Shown here: piece by piece, positions 19,124-28,300 of the stretch
How the letters are laid out: every line of letters begins with the position of its first letter
How positions within the stretch are numbered: the first letter of the stretch is position 1
Source of the DNA: a virus
Virus record (IMG/VR): IMGVR_UViG_3300035698_012408
DNA: 64,000 nucleotides
Direction: 5' to 3' (one strand)
Made by a program: the position numbers and the translations under genes
Notes under the pieces: model-generated
What the model was told of the DNA's origin: nothing
The model's input: only the letters and a program-made list of their open reading frames with translations
Databases searched by the model: none

Positions 19124-19557
19124 TACGAGTTCAATTCTGCCATTTCGATGGTCATGCCGATCGAATAGGCTTTATCCCCCGACCCTGCTGGCGTAATGGC
19201 TAACCACAGACGACGCACCGGGTTAGTGCTCGTGCCATCGCCGTTGCGGAATATGGTGTCCATTTCATAGTCGGCGAACTTGCCGGCGACTACGCTCTTG
19301 ACACCGAAGAGCGAATGGAGCCCGGGCTCTTGGCCCGCCACTGCGCTCGACTCACTGGAAATGCTGTCATCATCGGCCATAGCATAGGCCGCTTTTCGTG
19401 CCGAAAACAGTTGGAACGTGGCATCAACGACCCCGCCCACCTGCTCCAGCACAAGACGTCGAATGGTGCCGCGGTGCGGCACCTTCAATTCGACAACAGA
19501 CGTTTTACCGGCCTCGACGTCAAACTCCAACGGGCCGTAGTTCCAAGGAACTCCCAT
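19123..19557 (-). CDS. hypothetical beta-rich protein with the Ser patch DDDSISSESS
   Basis: 144-aa ORF directly downstream of the portal candidate. Confidence 0.5.
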   Translation of the reverse strand: MGVPWNYGPLEFDVEAGKTSVVELKVPHRGTIRRLVLEQVGGVVDATFQLFSARKAAYAMADDDSISSESSAVAGQEPGLHSLFGVKSVVAGKFADYEMDTIFRNGDGTSTNPVRRLWLAITPAGSGDKAYSIGMTIEMAELNS

Positions 19558-19570
19558 AATTCATATCTCC

Positions 19571-22120
19571 TTAGATGTCCGCGGAGTCACCGAGATCAAT
19601 GTCTCTGGCGGACTCTTCGGGGTACGGTTCAATTGTCTTCTGCTTCAGGAAGAGCACGACGTCACCGACCATCTCGAACGCGTTGCGTAACGAGTCTTCG
19701 AGTTCGGGGAGGTCCTGCTTGCCGAAGCGGTCAGCGAACTGGTCGCTGTGCCAATAGAACATGAACAGGATACGGCCGAGTCGATCCATCCCCTTCACGA
19801 GGTCGGGAATATACCGATCGATCATTGTGTCGTCACGAACCGCTCTCAGCATGCTGCTGATCATGGCCGTGTCGAAGATCTCCTTCTGGCCGGTATCTGC
19901 CGCCTGCTGGACAGCATTGATGTCCATCGGGTCGGGCATGTTGTTCGGGTTCACGTTGTAGATGTTCGGGTCGGTCGCAGCCCCTTCCAATCCGGGCACC
20001 CCGACTTCTTCTTGATACGACGGCATCGTCGGGCCATCAAAGCCCATCGGATTGTAACCACCGCGATCCGGTTCTTGCATCGGCGGAGCGGTCGGGCCAC
20101 CACTGTCAGTCAGGTACGGATCAGCATACTTGATCCGGCAACGGAACGGTCCCGGTCGCAAGCTGCGGCACTCAACCTCCGCCTGCTTGAGCAGATGGCG
20201 GCTAATGTCTTCGCGGAGTCCGTGATCCCGCACCAGCTGAACCAACGCACCGACTTCGTTCTGGCCGGCACTCTTGTTGATATGAAACTGAGTTCCGTCG
20301 TGCCGAATCTCCAGAGCCGCTGTCTTGCGCATGATCAGGTTCTGGGCGTCCAGCAGGCTGCCCGGCTGGATCGGTTCGTTGTCGCTGTGGTCGTCGCTGC
20401 CGCCCACGGCGCAAGGCTGGGCACAGCAATCGTCATTGTCATCACGATGCTTTCGCTCCCAGCGATCCGAGGACGTCTCTTTGATCTTGAGGATCTTGTA
20501 GCCATCAGGGATGTAGAGATCGCCCATATTCGAGCGGAGCTGCGTACCCTTCTTCGCGTCGAAGTGGATACGGGCTCCATGATCCCAGCTGCAATACTTA
20601 TCGTAGCTGATGCCAATCTCGTGAGACTGCGAGTGATACTTGTCCAAACCCGTGGACAAGTAACCATGCTTATCCGCGTTCTCGGAGAAGGCCACATCGT
20701 ACGAGTCGTCCCCGATCTCCTTGTGGAGTGCGAACGTCGTCGTCGCGTTGCGCCGCGGCCCGACAGCGATATAGCGGTGCTTGTCGCTCATGGAGACGGA
20801 GCCCTCGGGAATGCCGTCAAACCATTCCATCCAGCTCTCTTCGCCGCCCAGGAGCCCTTCGTCGAGCTGGCCAGCGACCCAGACCGCGTCACGATCGGCG
20901 CTGGTCCAGTCCTTGGTGTCGAGATCGACAATCACGCAATGTGGTAGCCGCCCATCCGGGCCGTGCGGCTTCATCACGATCAGGCACTTCTTGAAGTCGT
21001 TCGGCTTCGCTAGGACCATGTAGATCCCGGTCTCGCTCGGATTGCTCAGCTTTTGTTCGACCTGGACGTTGTACGGTACCGATACTTCGTCGCCCGTCCG
21101 CTTGTCTTCGATCAGCACGTGTTCCTTGAGCAGCTTCTCGGCATCCTCTTCGTCCAGTCCTTCGGGAACGCCCTCTACCCAGGACGCGTCCATCGTGATG
21201 ATCACGACTTTGCCCTTAGCATCAGGCCCCTTGTCCCCGTCCGCCGCCTCTTTCTCCAACAGATCCATGACGGACCCGTTGCACGGCTGCGTTCGCGGTT
21301 CGGGCTGACGGTACGGGTCATCCAGGATCGAGCTGCGTCGCATTCGCACGCCCGCTTCCTTGACGGCTGCCTGGAGTTCGCCGACCCCGTGCCAGCGATC
21401 GAAAGCGGCCGCCAGGACGGGTTTACGTTGCAGCGTGTCCGCAAGGACCTGCAACATGGGCAGTCCGGCCTGCTTGATGAAATGCCCGAGATCGAGCCGC
21501 TCATGGCAGTGAGCCTCGAAATCTTCGATCGCCGAACCGAAGTCACTTACGCACATGTGGGCATACTTCGGCAAGAACGGCTGGACAGACGACGCGTACT
21601 TGTAGGGTGATTGGCTGAGCCGCGTCAGATCCGGCTGCATCACACCCAGTTCGGACGTGTTCTTGTCGACGCCGGAGCCGAGAATGTTTGGCCGCCGGTT
21701 GAGAATGTAGTTGAGCCAGTTTTCCTTCATGGGCACGAACATGTCTTGATTGCTGATATACAGCAATTCGTGGCCCTTGAGATCGCCCGATAGGAAGAAC
21801 ACCGGCGCGAACAGCTGGTGGGAACCGACCTTGAAGGCCATGACACCCACTGCTTTGGTGTTCTCCTCATTCCGGTCGAGCAGCTGGAACCCAAGCTCGT
21901 GATCGAGCAACGTGGGAGCCTTGTCACGCAAAAACGCATGCGCGAGATTGCTAAATGCTTGCTCGAATGGAACATCTTGACCATCACCACCAAGCTCCGC
22001 GACTTTGATCATGACACCTTGGTCGATCATAGCCTGTTGGCATTGACCGAGCCAATGTGCCGCTTCCGCGGGCATGGGTGTAGATTGATTAAGATTAACA
22101 GCAGGTTGTGCAGTCGTCAT
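19571..22120 (-). CDS. large conserved hypothetical protein; portal-protein candidate by size and position only
   Basis: 849 aa, the first gene of the head block, with an acidic C-terminal tail (EESARDIDLGDSADI). No motif-level identification. Confidence 0.35.
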   Translation of the reverse strand: MTTAQPAVNLNQSTPMPAEAAHWLGQCQQAMIDQGVMIKVAELGGDGQDVPFEQAFSNLAHAFLRDKAPTLLDHELGFQLLDRNEENTKAVGVMAFKVGSHQLFAPVFFLSGDLKGHELLYISNQDMFVPMKENWLNYILNRRPNILGSGVDKNTSELGVMQPDLTRLSQSPYKYASSVQPFLPKYAHMCVSDFGSAIEDFEAHCHERLDLGHFIKQAGLPMLQVLADTLQRKPVLAAAFDRWHGVGELQAAVKEAGVRMRRSSILDDPYRQPEPRTQPCNGSVMDLLEKEAADGDKGPDAKGKVVIITMDASWVEGVPEGLDEEDAEKLLKEHVLIEDKRTGDEVSVPYNVQVEQKLSNPSETGIYMVLAKPNDFKKCLIVMKPHGPDGRLPHCVIVDLDTKDWTSADRDAVWVAGQLDEGLLGGEESWMEWFDGIPEGSVSMSDKHRYIAVGPRRNATTTFALHKEIGDDSYDVAFSENADKHGYLSTGLDKYHSQSHEIGISYDKYCSWDHGARIHFDAKKGTQLRSNMGDLYIPDGYKILKIKETSSDRWERKHRDDNDDCCAQPCAVGGSDDHSDNEPIQPGSLLDAQNLIMRKTAALEIRHDGTQFHINKSAGQNEVGALVQLVRDHGLREDISRHLLKQAEVECRSLRPGPFRCRIKYADPYLTDSGGPTAPPMQEPDRGGYNPMGFDGPTMPSYQEEVGVPGLEGAATDPNIYNVNPNNMPDPMDINAVQQAADTGQKEIFDTAMISSMLRAVRDDTMIDRYIPDLVKGMDRLGRILFMFYWHSDQFADRFGKQDLPELEDSLRNAFEMVGDVVLFLKQKTIEPYPEESARDIDLGDSADI

Positions 22121-22240
22121 GACAGCGCTCCGTCCCTGGTACGCGGGGTGATCGTTTCACTACATTCTATCCTATCAGGAAGCGTAGCGGAATACGATAT
22201 AGCCCTACCCTGTTATTTTAGCTTCTTCCGGTTATATCTG

Positions 22241-24142
22241 CTACTGCGTTGATTTACTGGTTGAATTATCTTGCCAACCCTGTGTCAAACCTTCTCGTCC
22301 GAAGCTCTCCCCACGTGCCAACGCTGGCACGTAACTACTGCCCGCTTCGTCTGAAACTGCCCCTCGTCGAGCACCTTCAAGCAGGCTATTCTTCTGGTAG
22401 CTTCCGAGCATCCGTGTCATCCAGTCCGGGTCGTGGGCGGCGTTGGCCATGCCCCTGATCATCTCTGGCTGGAATGGCGGCTGCTCATTATGCACCGTAA
22501 CACTCTTGACCCCGTAATTGGTCAAATCTGCTAGCATTGAAGGGCGAATCTGTGTACCGATGGAGTGATGCAGGATCGGCTGCTCCAGGTATTTACCCAC
22601 TGCCTGACCCGGCGGCAGCACCTGAAAACCATTCCGTGACTTCCAGTTGGATTCGACCAGCTGGTACGGCACCACATCATCCTGCACCCAGTCTCCCACC
22701 TCCTCGGTCAGCCGCACATGGTTGATTAACCCACGGGCCAACAGCTCAATGTTTCGTCGATCTCCGCTTGTCCCTGAGTCCTGCAAAACTTGTCGAAACG
22801 CGGACATGAGGTATCGACGACCCTCGCCAATCCCCTTGTGCTTCACGATTTCGCTCGGATTTGGTGTACCCTCGGAGAGCACGTCGCCGGCCTCCACGGT
22901 ATCACCGCGTTTCACCTTCAGCGGGAAACCACGAGCCACATAATGCTGCTCACTGCCGACATCTACGTAAGATCCACCCTGTGGGGCTTCGCGAATATCC
23001 GTGACTTTGCCATCATGTTGCGAGTGGGCTGCCCCACCTTGGAACGTCTTCGGGACCTGCACGAGCTGATTGATGTACTTGAACCCGGAAATTGCCCCGG
23101 CGCCAGCGGCTCCAGCGATCCCGCCGGTGTGCTTTGAGCTGATTTGGGCCTGCGTGATCGGTTCGGCAAGTGCCTGGGCGGCTGCGATACCCACATAGTC
23201 GCCGATCGGGGACAAACCGCCTCGTTCCCGGTGCCCGACGTCTCTTGCGTAGACACCGCCGTCTTTCGGGCCACCCACGATCGGGCTGCGTACCAGGATA
23301 TTCTCAACCCCTTCATCCTTCAACTCCCGCAGGATTTTCGGACTCAGTACGGTATTTCTGGCATACGGGCCGACAGGATGAGCCAATAAGGCCCCTTCAT
23401 TATCCATGTCGTCGGTGGATACTGCCAGCCCCCGTGGCTGCTCAATGTCATATTCGTCGTCGCTGTCGACACGAGACACGAGCAATCGATGGGCTGCCTG
23501 CACAAGCTGCTTTGCGAAGAAACCTGCGTCCTGCGTGGCCGATTTGACGTCAATTACGCCTTTTCTGGCCCCAAACGCTCCCGCGAAGTATTCGTGGGGT
23601 TTCAGCCCCATCGAATAGCTGCGGGTCACAGGGATCGGCAACACCCGCCCTCTGTGATCCGTGTATAACAAATCGGCTCCACGAAGGCTATTAAGATTAA
23701 ATTTGTTCCCTCGGGAGCCTGATATGGCTTGCTGGGCAAGCGGGTTTTGTTCTGCTTGGCTCTCTTCAAACACGTCATCTACGAGTCGCGTCTGATGTTC
23801 GCCAGTCACTTCTATGATTCGTTGCTCTTTTTGTTCCGTCGACAGCTTAGGGTCTGCATAAATAGTACGCAATTCCTTCCCAAGTTGCAACCGCATCTTA
23901 CGAGCTGCAAGACTTTGCCGCAAGGCCGATAGCCCAAATGAGTAGCCGCCTGTGGTAAAAGCAGCGTCTCGGCCGACGTCGGAAAGCTGCTTAGCGATGA
24001 CCCGATATTTGTCAGGATGATTCTTTGCGACCTCGGTCAGCAGGGCCTTTATACCCTTCTTATCAAGCACACGCTCATCATCCCGCAGTTCTGCGGGAAG
24101 CGAGCGATTGATCATGATTTGGCCGACAGTGGTCTTACGCAT
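22241..24142 (-). CDS. rpoC: DNA-directed RNA polymerase beta' subunit, C-terminal half
   Basis: 633 aa. Starts TTVGQIMINRSLP...FTTGGYSFGLSAL, like bacterial beta' after about residue 620. Has a trigger-loop-like SSKHTGGIAGAAG and RRYLMSAFRQVLQDSGTSGDRRNIELLARGLINHV (compare ...DKHIEVIVRQML). Confidence 0.85.
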   Translation of the reverse strand: MRKTTVGQIMINRSLPAELRDDERVLDKKGIKALLTEVAKNHPDKYRVIAKQLSDVGRDAAFTTGGYSFGLSALRQSLAARKMRLQLGKELRTIYADPKLSTEQKEQRIIEVTGEHQTRLVDDVFEESQAEQNPLAQQAISGSRGNKFNLNSLRGADLLYTDHRGRVLPIPVTRSYSMGLKPHEYFAGAFGARKGVIDVKSATQDAGFFAKQLVQAAHRLLVSRVDSDDEYDIEQPRGLAVSTDDMDNEGALLAHPVGPYARNTVLSPKILRELKDEGVENILVRSPIVGGPKDGGVYARDVGHRERGGLSPIGDYVGIAAAQALAEPITQAQISSKHTGGIAGAAGAGAISGFKYINQLVQVPKTFQGGAAHSQHDGKVTDIREAPQGGSYVDVGSEQHYVARGFPLKVKRGDTVEAGDVLSEGTPNPSEIVKHKGIGEGRRYLMSAFRQVLQDSGTSGDRRNIELLARGLINHVRLTEEVGDWVQDDVVPYQLVESNWKSRNGFQVLPPGQAVGKYLEQPILHHSIGTQIRPSMLADLTNYGVKSVTVHNEQPPFQPEMIRGMANAAHDPDWMTRMLGSYQKNSLLEGARRGAVSDEAGSSYVPALARGESFGREGLTQGWQDNSTSKSTQ

Positions 24143-24389
24143 TAAATCTTACATCCGGTAACGGTACTTGCCCGATCGATTGCACCATAACAGTCTTGTG
24201 CAGTCCCAGGCCATGCAAAAGCGACTGAAACTCCTGTTCCCGCCCCTCTTCCAAAGCTGAGGCTACTATCGTCCCTGGTTCCACCTCCACAGCAGCAACG
24301 ATCGGGTTGTCGTATCGATCATACACGACAACCCGCGTTACCTCAATACGCTGGGGATTACCCAGCTTGGTGTGAAACTCAACTATCAT
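24135..24389 (-). CDS. small hypothetical protein embedded between the two RNAP genes
   Basis: 84 aa, with coupling overlaps at both ends (ATGA upstream; an 8-nt overlap with the beta'-C start). Confidence 0.5.
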   Translation of the reverse strand: MIVEFHTKLGNPQRIEVTRVVVYDRYDNPIVAAVEVEPGTIVASALEEGREQEFQSLLHGLGLHKTVMVQSIGQVPLPDVRFNA

Positions 24390-25353
24390 TGTCGTCCTGC
24401 TGCTGTGCGACTGCGAAGCAAGGCGGCCACGGCGGTTGCACCTTGCATCGTCGTATGTCCTCGCATACCTTCCTCGAACGGCGTGCCGAGGGCCTGGGCG
24501 GTCTTGTTGACTGCACCCAGATCATCACCCGCCTCGGTTCGAGACAGCGGATCTTTTGAGCCGCCGGCCGAGATTGACTGCGTGGCAGGTCGACGTCCGG
24601 GATGCCCGCCAGGAAGCGGAGCCGGCGTCGAGCTCTCAGGTGGCACGCTGGCCATCTTGTCAATGAACTCGGAGAAAGAGTCTACTGCGGCACCCATCTT
24701 CTCGACAGGTGCTCCACCACCCCCGCCGCCAGCCGCCAATTCAGGCGACGCAGCTTGCATCGGATCAATGGCACCGATCGCACTACCGCCACCGCCGCCA
24801 CCGGCTGGGGCAGCGCCGCCAGCTTGTGATGGATCTTGTGGGCCGCCTTGCATCGCCGCTTCCGGCGCTGGTGTTGGCTGCCCTGGAGGCATGACGAGCA
24901 CGCCCGGGTCCAGCTTGATGTCCATCGCGTTCATCAGCGTGGTCATCTGTTGCTGCATGTTGTACATGCGGGTGTCGAGCATCTGCATGTACTGCTCTGG
25001 CTTCATCTTAGGAGGAACGCCACCGGCAGCCGCAGCAGGGTCAGTCGGGGGCATCCCGGGCGCCGGAGGCATGCCCGGAGGCATCCCACCCATCATCGCC
25101 GGGTCCATCCCAGGTGGCGGCATTCCGCCCATCATTGCCGGGTCCATCGGAGGAGCACCACCAGGAGGCATGCCGCCCATCATCGCCGGGTCCATCGGAG
25201 GAGCACCACCAGGAGGCATACCACCCATCATAGGATCGCCACCCGGCGGCATCGCGCCTTCAGGTGGAACCACGGCGGCCTTTTCCATCGGCGGCCCGCC
25301 AGCCTGCTCCCAGACCTTCTGCTGAGCCATTTTTAGTAGTACAGGATTCAACA
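24386..25353 (-). CDS. Met/Pro/Gly-repeat low-complexity protein embedded between the RNAP genes
   Basis: ATG at 25353 has a perfect AAGGAGG SD. The track ORF extends to 25684 across the upstream gene. Repeats are GGMPPGGAPPMDPAMM x3. Related in composition to the 12104-13657 product. Confidence 0.6.
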
Positions 25354-25382
25354 TCTTGTCCTCCTTAACGGTGTCTTGGCCG

Positions 25383-28300
25383 TTATTTGTCATCTTCGAC
25401 GATTTCGACCCTGCGGCCGACACCGATCTTACCTTGTTTATACGCTCTGATTGCGTCAGCCGTCGTGGCAAACACCGCAGCCGGCTTGTCTTCATCCACC
25501 CGTGCCGACGCTTCGTAGAGCCCGCCGACGTATTCCTGAGATGGCATATAGTGTACCCCGAAGTCCGCGGCAGACAATAGGTTTCTGGACGGGAGCATCT
25601 TTTCGAGGGCTTCATGTGCCTCTGCTTCCGTGGCCGGCACGTGATATTGCATCGCATCACCGTCAAAGTCAGCGTTGAAACCACTGACCACCAACGGACT
25701 TACCTTCAGCACGTCACCTTTCACCAGCTTCGGCCTAGCTGCCATCATACCATATCTGTGCAGCGTTGGCGCCCGATTGATTACGACGACGCCGTCTTGC
25801 ATCTCTTTGAGGAGCGCTTCCCGAGCGACCGGCGATCTCTCTTCAGCGGCACGGATGGCCTCACGACGGGACCATCCTTTGCGAACGAGCCGTCTGGTGA
25901 CGATGGGTTTGTAGATGCTCCAGGCTTGCTCTTCAGGAAGCCCAACTTGATCCATATCGAGGTCAGGGTCCGGCGCAATAACCGACCGCCCGACCATGTC
26001 GACGGCGCTGCCGAGCAATCGTCGCTGCACCATTCCGAGTTTTGGGGAAGTACCAAAGACATGTCGAAGAATTCCCTTAACCTTGCGTTCTTGGTTCTTC
26101 GGATGCGTCGGGTCGCCAAGGCCAGTCACCGCTCGAAACGCTTGATACAGCGCCAGCCGTTCATCGCCTATGTCCTCGTCATTGAGTAGCCCAGCCGCTT
26201 CCTTTAGGTTTTTGTTTGCATCCCATACTTCCTTGTATAGATAATTTGGATCAGCCACCAACGGCAGCTTTCTCTTACCCATCGTCGACACCGGGCGGAA
26301 GGCCGGCGGCAGCACGGGCACCTTCGACAGCAGCCAATCACGTGGGTGCATGCCAAGACGTTTCGCATCTTTCAGGTAGCCAAGCCGGCGAACCGCAGCA
26401 TCACGGGATGTGCGTTTGCCACTCTTGATCTCTTCTCGGGCTCTGGCCAGCTCGCCGTCGAGGTTCATGTTATCCAGGGCGGAGCCGACAGCCTTCGGAC
26501 CCGTGGCCCCGTTCAGCCGCTCTTTCCCGCTGAGCACGTCCTCAAACTTCTGTTTCGTTAGCCCCAACACTCGTCGAATCGGCTCTTCCATTACCGGGTT
26601 GGGTAACGGCTCATGCAGCCGAATGAAGCTCCACCGATTACCACCGCCTTCCGGCGTCATGTGGCCACCGGTGAGTGCTTGATCAAACAACCCGCCGCGA
26701 ACCGGCTCCATCGTCTTCCAGTCAACGGTTCCCACGTTCTGGAGCTCCCGGTTACCCGCGAGCTTGTCAATGTCGTCGTTGCGAAGTGCCATTATATGCG
26801 TCTGCGACCCATCGCGCACGACGTTGATACCGGCTGCCTTCAAATGCGACACATACTTCTGATACATGTGTGGCACCTTCGGCGTCGGCGGATTGTAGCC
26901 CGACATGTACTGAGCCCAATATTCAGGGCTGGCCTGTCCACGAATCATGTTACCGCTGCGTAGGAACTCTGTCGCTCCGTGGGACAGCAACGCTCCGACT
27001 TCCAGCATGCCGATTCGCTTGGCCCCTTCCGGGCCACCCTTGGCTGGTGTCTGATCCGCCGTGTAAGCTCCGAGTCCGCGACCCTGTCCTTTGGATTCGG
27101 CGGTATGGTGCAGCTTCATGAACCAGCGATTGCCGGTAAACACATCAGGTATCTTGCGACCAGTCTCCGAGTCCATGATCGTCTCGGTGTCCGCTATGCC
27201 GGCCTTCTTCAGCTCGGCCAACGCGTACTCCACGAGATCGTCTTCATCCTGGAAGTCAGGAACCTTGAACGCTTCGCCGCGGGCTGCCGCGATCTTCCCG
27301 AGAGCTGCCTCCACGATCTGGGCGGGATTGGTTCGACTGATCACACCGAGTGGGTTGAGCAGCACCTCGTACGGTTGCCCATCCTGATCCGACGGCATGT
27401 CGGCATCCGGGACGATGCGAGAGATGATACCCTTGTCGCCATACCGCCCGGACAGCTTGTCGCCGACCTCCATCGGGGCAATGGACTTCACCACCACAGC
27501 TGATCCGCCATCGTCATCCACGACGTCCGTAACCATGCCTGGAGTGTGATGATCCCACGTGACAGTCTGATTAAGGTAACCGGGTGAACGGCCACGCAGC
27601 ATTGATTTACGATTTCGTTCTCGTTCCCTCGCCACGAGGATCAGCGGATCACCGCTCTTTACCTCTGTGCCGGGGCGAATGAATCCGTTATCGTCGAAGT
27701 TCTCCAGCATGGCTTTGTCATAGGCGGCGGGGAATACCGAAATGAATGCGTTCTTTCCGCGTTGATCCTTGCCGTCCCACTCGTACCCATGCTGGTACAT
27801 GTGCTCCGAGCTCATCTTTTTGGCGAATGACTCTGAGATGACGTTGGCGTCCTCGAAGTTGAGCCCTCCGAAGGGGACGTACGCGACGCGGGCGTTCCGG
27901 CCGAGCGCTGACACGCCTTGCATGTCCGTGAAGTTCGACCGAGCGAGCAACTGCCCTTCTTCGACAGTTTCACCAACCTGGACCGTTGGCGTGTTGTGGA
28001 TGAAGGTTTTTCGATTGTAGGGGAAGTTGTCGTAGAGAGGGATTTCTTCCGTGCCGCCGCCCTCTTTCGTAACCGTGATACTATCTCGATCGACAGCGGC
28101 AACACGACCACGACCAGGACTGTCCCACCTAACAGCACCCATGTGCTTAGAGTATTCATCTTCAAAACTCCGACCGGGTTGTCCGGGGACGCCACTCTGC
28201 ACCAGCGGGGCTTCTGCACCTACGACGGGCAATGCCTGCGTCAACATGCGAGCGGCCATCACCGCGCGTTGTCCCTTGACCATTGATTTCAACGGGATCA

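Noticed and set aside
25354-25684. The 5' extension of track ORF 24386-25684, plus similar extensions at 29829-29870, 30811-30894, 33190-33252, 36217-36270, 49462-49653 and 62247-62324.
   Set aside because: The extensions overlap the upstream gene or a terminator and are Arg/Cys-rich. Internal ATG/GTG codons with strong SD sequences sit exactly at the upstream gene's stop.
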